A stretch of DNA of 30,946 nucleotides from positions 62,001 through 92,946 of IMG/VR virus record IMGVR_UViG_3300010945_000722; one strand, written 5' to 3'. How positions within the stretch are numbered: the stretch's first letter is position 1; every line of letters starts with the position of its first letter. A model generated the notes under the pieces. That model saw only the letters and a program-made list of their open reading frames with translations, did no database searches and was not told the DNA's origin. The position numbers and the translations under genes were made by a program. The stretch comes from an uncultured virus (IMG/VR IMGVR_UViG_3300010945_000722) (taxonomy: Duplodnaviria; Heunggongvirae; Uroviricota; Caudoviricetes). Positions 18,465-26,691 of the stretch are shown piece by piece.

Positions 18465-19022
18465 TTAAAGTTTTTCAATGATTAATATTTTACCTTTTAC
18501 TGTTTTGGATTCGGCTGACTGCCATATTTCTATAAGATTTAATTGCGCACTGCATTGACAATATTTCATTTCTTTACCACAAAAAATATTACAGTTTTTA
18601 GTGTTTATTGGTCTTTTTTCACCATAAGGATTCACAACAAACATTCCTTCATCTTGTATTGCCTTTTGGATTTTACTTTTAAATGATTTTACCCTACATT
18701 CATATTCAGGCAATCCAACAAAACACATATTTTCATTACTTGATAAATAATCTCTGTACAGATATGTATCTTCAATAAAAACTCCTTTATTAAACTTTTT
18801 CTTCTCCACCCAGCTTTCATCAACTTCAAAATCAAAGTCAAACATTGGCAGTGTGCATGTACCGTGTATTTTAAAGTCAAAACCAATTTTAAAATATTTC
18901 CAAAGTTTAAGTTTTTCTTCTCTGTAAATCAAATGCTCTGCTTGCACATTAAAGTTATGTACATCTGCAGGTAAAAATATTAAGTAGATAGTTTCTGATA
19001 TCTTTACTAGTTGCTCTTTCAT
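18465..19022 (-). CDS. Hypothetical protein
   Basis: Likely start MKEQL at 19022; Cys cluster near the C-terminus. Confidence 0.75.
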   Translation of the reverse strand: MKEQLVKISETIYLIFLPADVHNFNVQAEHLIYREEKLKLWKYFKIGFDFKIHGTCTLPMFDFDFEVDESWVEKKKFNKGVFIEDTYLYRDYLSSNENMCFVGLPEYECRVKSFKSKIQKAIQDEGMFVVNPYGEKRPINTKNCNIFCGKEMKYCQCSAQLNLIEIWQSAESKTVKGKILIIEKL

Positions 19023-19469
19023 AATGTGTTTTTGTTTTAAAATTTCTTCAGTATTTTCTGTGATTATGCTTTTCGGATTGCCACCCTGACTGTTCACCTA
19101 ATGTTTAAGTTTTTGTTGTTAATAAAATCACCTTAGAGCCTTTCCCCGAAAAGAGGAAAGGATAAAGTGTAAAACAAAGTCTGATTCTAACTGCCTTATG
19201 CAGTGGATTAGCACCTCAGCTTTGATTGTCAACACCCAGTATTGATGTTTCAAAGATGTTACCTACACTTCCATAAGCTTTTCTACAAGCCTAAATAAAA
19301 GTTTACTTCAGCTTCTGGAGGATTTCTGGTACAAGTTTTTCCACTAACCTGTATCTTCTAAGTGAAGCCACTAAAAATCATGTCTTGCTTTATTTTTTTG
19401 TAAATGTTTAGCACCCTCTTTCTTCCCGAACCTGTGCAAGCACTTGGTATTTGTAAAGAGTAGGGTCAG

Positions 19470-20039
19470 GTATTCATACATTTTGTTGCTATATCTGTTT
19501 CTTTAGAATGAATACTTTGCTGAGAACTCATTTGTGTTGTAGGCAGGATAGTCCAAGCCTCTTGAAACCTATTCCATATCTCAATTTGGAACAACACATC
19601 ATATATTACTATATGAATTTTAGAATTGTATATAAAATATCTTCCAACATCCATGAAGTTCGCATAGTTAGGTCTTAACATTTGGACTCCAAATCAAAAT
19701 AGGTTTGCAAAGTGTTTATTTACAATTCAAGGACTGTGATAACCTCGTTGATGAAATAGTCATAGGTAATTTAAGTTTCACCCCTTGTCATATTCCCTAA
19801 TTTCTCTGACTAAGATTTTATCTCTATCAACTGCATACAGTTTATGTATTATCCTGTATGGTTTTTGCCCCCACACCAACATCACTGTTGATGCAGGGTA
19901 TCATCTTTTTAAGAGGCCTTTGGTGGTTCCCACGCAGAGCCATTACCAAACTAACTCTGTCAGAGGTGTTAACAATGTCAACACATGAAATTTTACATGT
20001 AGAAATTACTCTTCAACCTTTTACGCATTTAAGATGATA
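19470..20039 (-). ncRNA. Candidate large structured non-coding RNA(s)
   Basis: Dense nested inverted repeats with G-U pairs favouring the minus strand; no convincing ORF. Confidence 0.5.
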
Positions 20040-20043
20040 TATT

Positions 20044-20180
20044 TTGATGGCAGGGAATTTCTTCAGACCCGGTTCCTGATAGCTCACACCTCCTGTATGA
20101 ATAAAGAGACTGGGCTAAACTGTTACCCTGCGGTTTTATCTTAGGGCATCTTTACTGAGTACTTATCCCCACCATATCAA
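20044..20180 (-). ncRNA. Candidate ~135-nt structured RNA
   Basis: Ends pair: AUGGUGGGGA / UCCCUGCCAU (10 bp, 2 G-U). Confidence 0.4.
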
Positions 20181-20189
20181 ATAAAAAAT

Positions 20190-20385
20190 AAACAGGCTTT
20201 GTTTATAAGGCTTATTCATAGTTTGGGTATTCTCTCCCTACTGGTAAACCAGGTGATTTTTCTACTATGGTTTTACTCAGGTGATTTAATGAAGGTGCAA
20301 TACCTCCTCTCACTATATCCACTAAAGGCATTTGCCAAACTGGTATCAATTTAATGGCTTACCAATTCTATGGGCCAACCTGTTT
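20190..20385 (-). ncRNA. Candidate ~195-nt structured RNA
   Basis: Ends pair: AAACAGGUU / AGCCUGUUU, followed by a U-tract. Confidence 0.4.
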
Positions 20386-20387
20386 GT

Positions 20388-20636
20388 CTAAGATATTGTA
20401 GTACTTGCAGGTTCTATTGGACTTATCATTTCTACTTTTTTTGGAACAGAAACTTCTTTAATCAACAGTGAACCGGCAAGAATTTCCTTATCTAAAATAT
20501 AAGTGTTTTGAGTAGTAAGAATTACTCCCTCTGACTGATGATTTTTAGCAATAGCTTTAAGCACTGCAGCTTCTACTTCATCTGTAGGCATAATAACTGC
20601 TGTGTATACAGAGTCTTTTACAAAGAATGTGTTCAT
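20388..20636 (-). CDS. Hypothetical protein
   Basis: 82-aa ORF with an A-rich leader. Confidence 0.7.
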   Translation of the reverse strand: MNTFFVKDSVYTAVIMPTDEVEAAVLKAIAKNHQSEGVILTTQNTYILDKEILAGSLLIKEVSVPKKVEMISPIEPASTTIS

Positions 20637-20659
20637 GTGGTATTTTAGTTTATAAGTTT

Positions 20660-20701
20660 AAAAAAAAGCAGCCAGAAGAAGAATAAGAAACTTCTGACTG
20701 C
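20660..20701 (-). terminator. Intrinsic terminator after the HNH-like gene
   Basis: GCAGTCAGAAG-12 nt-CTTCTGGCTGC followed by a T7-8 run. Confidence 0.75.
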
Positions 20702-20727
20702 CAGGGTTGCATGTCCCTTTACCTTTA

Positions 20728-21237
20728 TTATTTTTGTTGTTTTAAAATATTGATAAAATTTTTGACTTCAGAATCTGTCATGGTATTTTTCATGTAATTA
20801 ACAGCTATACTGACAAATTGTACATTATTTTTTATATAACCAATAGAAGAATCTATTCTATCTAAAGAAGCAGTATAAACAGGGTTGTTTTTTCCTTTTG
20901 AAACGGGGTGTAACAGTGCTACTTTTGAATATACACAAATACCTTTTTGAAGATTCCAAATGTCAAACAAGTCTTTTACAGATATATCAATCCTTTTTTC
21001 TCTTCTTTTTGCTTTGCTTATATGTATCCTTAATCCTGTAAACTCATCTTTTTTACCAGAGTGTTTCCATATCTCACCTTGACCTTTGTATGGATCAAGG
21101 TGAGTATGATTTTTCTTTCCAGAACATGTGCGAGAACAATAATTTTTTCTCCCAATTTTCTGTGACCTTTTTATTTCTCTGACTTCCCGGTCAAAAGCAG
21201 AGCCACAGTTTGCACAAATAATTGTAGTAGTTTTCAT
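20728..21237 (-). CDS. Free-standing His-Me-finger (HNH-like) endonuclease with N-terminal Zn finger
   Basis: CANCG...YCSRTC; QKGICVYS...SLDRIDSSIGYIKNNVQFV...NYMK. Confidence 0.8.
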   Translation of the reverse strand: MKTTTIICANCGSAFDREVREIKRSQKIGRKNYCSRTCSGKKNHTHLDPYKGQGEIWKHSGKKDEFTGLRIHISKAKRREKRIDISVKDLFDIWNLQKGICVYSKVALLHPVSKGKNNPVYTASLDRIDSSIGYIKNNVQFVSIAVNYMKNTMTDSEVKNFINILKQQK

Positions 21238-21287
21238 ACTGCAATATACAGAAAATTCTGTGGAGTTGCAATGTTTTGCTGTGGAGT

Positions 21288-21641
21288 TGGAGGTGAGGGG
21301 AATTAAACCCCTGTCCAGACAATCTCATTATCAAAAGATTTATTTATAGCTTAGGATGACATTTATACTTGTCCCAAAGTAGGGCTAACAGTTCCCTGTT
21401 ATGCTCACACCATCCTGTTTTATAACAGGCAACGTATAGTGACAATTAGGCTGCCATAAGTTCAGAAGCATTCACTTCTTCTTCAATAGCTGCAAGGGCA
21501 GTATCAATACTGTCTCTTCTGGAAGAGATGTAAAGAGCTGATTTGTTGTTGTTGTCAATTAAATTTGTTGTTTTAGTTTTTACAGGTAACTCTCCTGGCT
21601 AATCTTTTGTAACTCCACTGCTGTCAAATTCTGTCACCCCC
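21288..21641 (-). ncRNA. ssrA: tmRNA
   Basis: 5' GGGGGTGACAGAATTTGAC; 3' GGACAGGGGTTTAATTCCCCTCACCTCCA; acceptor stem GGGGGUG/CACCUCC with a G3-U Ala determinant; helix 2 (ACAAAAGATT/AATCTTTTG); tag ORF 21556-21446 ending MAA*. Confidence 0.95.
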
Positions 21642-21652
21642 TGTTGCTATCA

Positions 21653-21660
21653 CAAAGATA
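21653..21660 (-). promoter_or_regulatory. Bacteroidota-type -7 promoter element upstream of tmRNA
   Basis: TATCTTTG (TAnnTTTG), 11 nt upstream of the tmRNA 5' end, inside the inverted repeat TGCTATC-N5-GATAGCA. Confidence 0.7.
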
Positions 21661-21684
21661 GCATTTTTATCTGTAAAATATAAA

Positions 21685-21880
21685 AGCTGTGTTTAGCTTT
21701 GTCATCCCTCTCGTTGTCTTACTTTTTAAGCATTGGAAGTAGTACATTCCCAATCACAAATTGACAGGCAAATGCAGGGAAATCCGCAGAGCTTTTGAAC
21801 CTACACACTCAGGTCTGGAATAAACTTAGGCTAGCCTTCCGATAATGGCAGCTACTGCACAGCTAAGAGGTTTCCCTCTT
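21685..21880 (-). ncRNA. Candidate ~180-nt multibranch RNA upstream of tmRNA
   Basis: Closing helices AGCUGUG/CACAGCU and UAGCU/AGCUA, then UUU; preceded by an AAGAGG-GAAA-CCUCUU hairpin. Confidence 0.5.
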
Positions 21881-21881
21881 T

Positions 21882-22214
21882 TTATTTTCCATCAGGCCAA
21901 TCAATTGGTACTGCTTCTGCAGTATCACCAAAACCATCTTCTAAGTTGTGGATAATTTTTACAAGCAAATCTGCTTGTTCTGAAGTAGTCATACCAATTT
22001 GTCTTCCTACATCAAGCATACCTACAATAGTAGCTGTCAACATAGCTGTACTCATGTCTATACCAGGTAATGTCCACTTACCTGTTTTCAAATCAAGATA
22101 GTGCTCTTGCTTTACCGGAATAGGTGCAAATAAATTGAACTTTACTCCTGTCAGTGTGGTAGTATCATCTTTATGAACTACTTCACCAAATATTACCATT
22201 TTAAATGCTATCAT
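21882..22214 (-). CDS. Hypothetical protein
   Basis: 110-aa ORF starting 9 nt after the helicase exon 2 stop. Confidence 0.75.
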   Translation of the reverse strand: MIAFKMVIFGEVVHKDDTTTLTGVKFNLFAPIPVKQEHYLDLKTGKWTLPGIDMSTAMLTATIVGMLDVGRQIGMTTSEQADLLVKIIHNLEDGFGDTAEAVPIDWPDGK

Positions 22215-22223
22215 AGAAAAGTT

Positions 22224-22358
22224 TTAATTGTTATATAAAATGACTAAATCACTAGCTCTTGTTACAGCAGTGTAAAACAGTTTTGTTCTTTCATCTGATT
22301 TGAAATTCTGATTGATATCTTTCACATTGATGATAGCTTTTTTGTAAGTTGAACCCTG
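22224..22358 (-). CDS. Dda/RecD-like SF1B helicase, exon 2 (44 aa)
   Basis: Hand translation QGSTYKKAIINVKDINQNFKSDERTKLFYTAVTRASDLVILYNN*, which supplies motifs V and VI. Confidence 0.93.
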   Translation of the reverse strand, partial: QGSTYKKAIINVKDINQNFKSDERTKLFYTAVTRASDLVILYNN

Positions 22359-22368
22359 CATGGGTTAG

Positions 22369-23058
22369 CTAATTACTTTCATAATTAGATTGGACTATAT
22401 CTTGAATATTCTTTTCACATTCATTGTAATATTGCCAATGGTATCCATAAGGATTGTAATTCTTCTTATCTTTTAAGACGGAATACACATTACCATAAGC
22501 ATGTTTACTATTTATAAAATTATTTACTTCAAACCCATACTTAAACAGTCTTATTGGTTGTTCATACTTAAAACATACTATCCAATTAGATAACCCTTTA
22601 ACAGCAGGATTATTTAATCCCCTTCTACTTTCAGATAAATTCTCTGCAAATCCTTTGGGTTTTTTTCTACCTTTGTTTGATTTTGAAATCTTAGCTGATT
22701 GTTCTTCTAATTGTTTTTCTGTATAATACTTTGAAGTATGCTTTCCTTTACCTCCATCTGTCATATTTGTTAGGTTAGAATTGAGTTTTCTAAAAAATTG
22801 AATATAATATACCTCTCTTTCTTCCAGACTACTGTTTGTTACAACCTCTAAAAGATGTATTGTAGCTTTCTCTGGTCTTAAAGTAAGTAAGTATTCATAT
22901 CTTTTATTAGATTTTCTCAATCCCCTCTCAAATTCTCTCAAATGTTGATAATGAGTTCTTAATCTGTTATTGAGAGATGATGCAGTTGACCCTACATAAA
23001 ATATCTCTCCTGTAATAGGATTTTGTAAATAATATATAAACCCAAGTTCTGTATTCAT
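22369..23058 (-). CDS. Intron-encoded GIY-YIG homing endonuclease with NUMOD3-like repeats
   Basis: GFIYYL...FYVGST...R...H...ERE...N; basic SAKISKSNKGRKK segment. Confidence 0.9.
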   Translation of the reverse strand: MNTELGFIYYLQNPITGEIFYVGSTASSLNNRLRTHYQHLREFERGLRKSNKRYEYLLTLRPEKATIHLLEVVTNSSLEEREVYYIQFFRKLNSNLTNMTDGGKGKHTSKYYTEKQLEEQSAKISKSNKGRKKPKGFAENLSESRRGLNNPAVKGLSNWIVCFKYEQPIRLFKYGFEVNNFINSKHAYGNVYSVLKDKKNYNPYGYHWQYYNECEKNIQDIVQSNYESN

Positions 23059-23075
23059 CTTATGTGTTTAGACCA

Positions 23076-23083
23076 CAAAAATA
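23076..23083 (-). promoter_or_regulatory. Intron-internal TAnnTTTG promoter element for the endonuclease
   Basis: TATTTTTG 17 nt upstream of the ATG at 23058. Confidence 0.55.
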
Positions 23084-23337
23084 CAAAACTTTTATGAATT
23101 GTGATAGAAATAAACTCTACCTTTTCCAAAAAAGTCTCTTTCAACTTTAATGTACTCCCATATAGGGATAGTCTCTGAACCTTATTCCTCATCTAATTAA
23201 GGAATCTTGGCTGCTGATTGTCCATTGTAACATACTTACCTCTTTTACTATTCTACAATCATTACTGTTGCAGGGAGTGTGTAAGTCTTTAGGATATTCC
23301 AGTCAATTAAATAGATTTTATAAGAGCCAGTTTCCAA

Positions 23338-24489
23338 ACTCTTATGCACTGTAATGGCATGATTGTATGTCACATGAGCAAGTTGCTCAATAAACCAGTA
23401 GTATGCAGGCCAGGATTTTCTCTTACTTTTACAGTCACTTTTCAGTTCAGAAGAAAGTTTTCTGTATTCTGTTTCAGAATCTTCATGGATTACTCTGATG
23501 TAACCGTTTACCACATAAACTTTAAGGTTTACCTGTTCATAAGTTCCGGGGCCACTTGAAATCAAACCTTTTCGGAACTGAGTAGCAGCAGTAGGGTAGA
23601 TCATTCTTTCTTCTTTTATTTCCAGCTTTTTAACTTCAATTTCTTCATTGGTGTATCTGTCCAAATATGGTTTTGATAAAACTAAAACTTCACCAAGTTC
23701 AATTTTTGCAGGCTCTCCGTAAATTTTAGTTCTGACCAGTCTGTTCATTTTATCTACATCAGCATTATGCCAAGCCAGATATTTAATATCATCTGTACCA
23801 TTAACAGCAGCCAAAGCATCTATTACTTTTTGTTTGTCAGAAGAGTAGGTAAAACCTATGTATTTATTTTCTTCTGTTTCAGAAGCAACAATACACTCAT
23901 TATTACCTTTTACCCAACTAAGATTTCTACTTAAATCAATAATAGGATTACCTTCACCCTGTCTGATGATTTCAGTAAGTTCCACAATAGGATAATCTCT
24001 TGCAAAAATAGGAGATATACTCTCTTTAACCGGTGGTAACTGCTTTGCATCACCAATAAAAATAGTAGGCATACCTGGATGTTCATCCAAATACTTTAAT
24101 AGTTCCTTTGAAAGCATACTTGCTTCATCCACAATACAAAGACCTGCACCTTCAAATGGTAAAATGTTGGTTCTTCCCGGAACAAAAGTTTCTTCTCCTG
24201 TTTCAAAATTAATCTGTCTTGTCAATGATAATGCAGAGTGTACTGTCTTAAAAACAATAAAAGTTTCTTCCATTACTTTTTTCTTCAGTACTGCTAAAGC
24301 TTTATTTGTAGGAGCTGTTACATAAAACAATCCTCTTGCACCCTGATTTCTCAGTCTGCGTAATAGTTCCTGAACAAGATAGGTTTTACCTACACCTGCT
24401 GAACCCTGAAGTACTACTCTCTTTTTTCCCTGATTAAGGATAAGATATAGTAATTCACCTAATTTTTCTTCCTGATGTATTGTCAGCAT
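23338..24489 (-). CDS. Dda/RecD-like SF1B helicase, exon 1 (384 codons; spliced product 428 aa)
   Basis: GSAGVGKT, APTNKA, IVDEASM, GDAKQLPPV, LTEIIRQ, HAITVHKS| joined to QGSTY. Confidence 0.93.
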
Positions 24490-24491
24490 AT

Positions 24492-24767
24492 CTATTCTCT
24501 TTTAAATGGAAAGTAATCAATTATATTTATAATTTGAGTATCATCTTTACCGGAGCTAAGTCCCAAAGACTCACTCTTGCCAAATGCAAATCCTGTCTGT
24601 GCATTATATTCTCCTGCAGAAACAGCTTTGATATCTGCATTGTATTTCTTTTTATGAAATTCAGTAATAGCTTCAGCAACATCTTTATGAATAAGAGTGT
24701 TGGGAAATATAACAGGTATCATAGTGGTATTATCCTTTGTTTTGTGTTCAAACATTATATATTTCAT
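24492..24767 (-). CDS. Small hypothetical phage protein
   Basis: MKYIMF...PVIFP...H...VSAG...GKSESL pattern seen in small phage proteins. Confidence 0.8.
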   Translation of the reverse strand: MKYIMFEHKTKDNTTMIPVIFPNTLIHKDVAEAITEFHKKKYNADIKAVSAGEYNAQTGFAFGKSESLGLSSGKDDTQIINIIDYFPFKRE

Positions 24768-25084
24768 AGTTCTTCTGTTTTATTTAGTACAAATTCTTTA
24801 TAGTGTTTGAGGCAATAGAACATACCATGTTCATCTTCATATTTACCTGTTGATTTTCTCTGGCAAATAGAGCACTGATAAGGTTTTACATTAAAACCTA
24901 ATTCTTCAGAGTTTACATCCCAATGCACCTTTAAATCTTGAAGGAGCTCATATATTCTACCAGTTATTCTCTTTTCATTTTCAGTCATTACACTGGTATC
25001 AATATGAAAACCTGTAATCCTGGCTTTAGTCCAATTTCTTATTCTGGCTCTTTCAGCCAATGGTACTTCATATCTCTGAGCCAT
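24764..25084 (-). CDS. Hypothetical protein with C-terminal CxxC...CxxH
   Basis: CSIC...YCLKH; ATGA overlap with the next gene. Confidence 0.75.
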   Translation of the reverse strand: MAQRYEVPLAERARIRNWTKARITGFHIDTSVMTENEKRITGRIYELLQDLKVHWDVNSEELGFNVKPYQCSICQRKSTGKYEDEHGMFYCLKHYKEFVLNKTEEL

Positions 25085-25115
25085 ATAAAATGATTTTAAT
25101 TGTGATTGTTAAAAC

Positions 25116-25152
25116 AAAAAGAGAAAGCAAGACAGTTAAATGCCTTGCTTTC
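25116..25152 (-). terminator. Intrinsic terminator
   Basis: GAAAGCAAGGCA-TTTAAC-TGTCTTGCTTTC followed by TCTTTTT. Confidence 0.75.
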
Positions 25153-25169
25153 CTGCTTACAGTCCTGAA

Positions 25170-25814
25170 TTAGATAACCTGATTCTGGGACACTCCTACA
25201 CTGCCACCTACTGCCATTTCCAGCTCTTCAGCCAAAGCTTCAGAAGCATAGTAGTCTTCAGGTTCCGGAGTTCTCATATCATGTGTGTCTTTAGCCAATA
25301 CCGGCTCAAAGCTGTTCACACGATACTGGATCTTACCACTTTTGTCCAGAATTAACTGTCCTGCCTGTGGGTGTGTGTCAGGGTATCTTACTACCTGACT
25401 GTTTGCAAATGTGTCCAACTCAGTTACCTGTCTTTCAACAGCATTCTTTTGGTTTGCTGATAAAATAGGTCTGTTAGACAATACTTTCATGATGCCTTTT
25501 TGCGGCATGCTATCCAATCTTGCTTGGACTGCTGCAGCATCAACATCTTCAGGGACATCTACCCACGCAATGCGTTGCTCTGTAGATGTAAATTCCTGAC
25601 CTTCAATACCAAATTCTTCTGTAGAGAATAATCCTCCTGTCTTTGGCTGAACAGATGGATAGGTTGCATCAGTTGTTACCAACTGTCTCAATTGAACTGA
25701 CTGAGTGCCTTTCTTTTGATAGTCACTTTTGTACAATTTGTCAATTGTTACCGGACCGTGTGAAACCTTTTTCACGATTCCGTTTGTTTCTGTTGTGCTT
25801 GGTGTAGTGTTCAT
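25170..25814 (-). CDS. Hypothetical protein, probably highly expressed
   Basis: Likely start MNTTP at 25814; has its own terminator. Confidence 0.8.
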   Translation of the reverse strand: MNTTPSTTETNGIVKKVSHGPVTIDKLYKSDYQKKGTQSVQLRQLVTTDATYPSVQPKTGGLFSTEEFGIEGQEFTSTEQRIAWVDVPEDVDAAAVQARLDSMPQKGIMKVLSNRPILSANQKNAVERQVTELDTFANSQVVRYPDTHPQAGQLILDKSGKIQYRVNSFEPVLAKDTHDMRTPEPEDYYASEALAEELEMAVGGSVGVSQNQVI

Positions 25815-26565
25815 AAGAACTGTTTGTTTTAAATGACTCAAATAGCTGAGTTATGCTGTATTGCTGACAATACACCAGAACTAAGTTATAAATCCCAAAG
25901 ATGGGGAAGGAGACGCAATCCTTCCCTAATCTTCAGAATAGTCTACCAATCCGTTGATGGTAACACCTTACTTTCAAATCAACAAGAGAATACTGTTGCT
26001 CCTGCTGCTACTAATGTGGCTACATGAACCAGGTAAGCATCTTTTTTCATAGGACATGCTTTTTTATGGGTGAAGAAATAAAAAACAAAAGATGCCGGTA
26101 GGAACAAAATAACTAAAAATGGTAATTCAAAAAACGGAAATCCTACCGGCAAAAAACATTAACTAACTAACTTACCCTTAGGACAGGGAATTATCATCAA
26201 AACTATATCCATCTTCATCATCTTTTAATGGCACTTGCTGTGCTATTATAAAAGAGTTGATTGCAAGACAAGTCATAAAGACTAAAATAATAAATGTGGC
26301 CATATACTAAATTTTAAAGGTGAATAATCCAATGGGAGTGGACTCTCCAATGTAGAGAGTCCCAAAGTATTGTATCTTAACATTAGTTCAAAGTCAATAA
26401 TACCTGCAATACAGATGGTACATAATGGTCCAGAAGTTGCATTAGCTGCAAGACCACACCAAGAGTGTGGCTTTGTTGCCTCTCTGTATCAGGTGTATGC
26501 TAAAAATTCCACACTTATCTTAACTCCGGTAAAAGCCAGGCAAAAACCACACTATACATGTCTGG

Positions 26566-26585
26566 CAAAAATTAGTGGGGGTTGT
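26566..26585 (-). promoter_or_regulatory. Repeated 20-bp motif, copy 1 (candidate phage promoter)
   Basis: ACAACCCCCACTAATTTTTG. Confidence 0.6.
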
Positions 26586-26691
26586 TTCGGGGTAGAGAAA
26601 AATACAAACAGGAAGAAACCGGTGTTTCTCCCCATTCATAAAAAACAGCAATTAAAAAAACAATGTGATTACAAGATAGTTTTTTATTTAT

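Larger units (their letters stand above)
22359..23337 (-). mobile_element. Group I intron (979 nt) carrying a homing endonuclease
   Basis: Exon ends in U and intron ends in G. P1 AUAAGAGU/GCUCUUAU with U-G at the splice site; P AAUUGACUGGAA (23297-23308); Q AAUCAGCAG (23211-23219); R GUUCAGAGACUA (23169-23180); S AAGAUAUAGUCC (~22392-22403). Confidence 0.95.

Noticed and set aside
19466..19988. ORFs 19466-19681 (-) and 19785-19988 (+)
   Set aside because: Short, no motifs, and they coincide with dense RNA-like pairing; coding cannot be fully excluded.
21288..21641. tmRNA as a host gene or prophage attachment site
   Set aside because: Flanked on both sides by co-oriented phage genes; no integrase, host genes or duplicated ssrA 3' end in the window.
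19098..21880. CRISPR array, tRNA genes or RNase P RNA in the non-coding block
   Set aside because: No regularly spaced repeats, no cloverleaf with a T-loop apart from tmRNA, and GAGGAAAG near 19153 lacks the following UCC and the rest of the RNase P core.
23248..23337. C-terminal 29 aa (LETGSY...MIVE) of the 413-aa helicase ORF in the track
   Set aside because: Read-through into the intron; the true C-terminus is exon 2 at 22224-22358.
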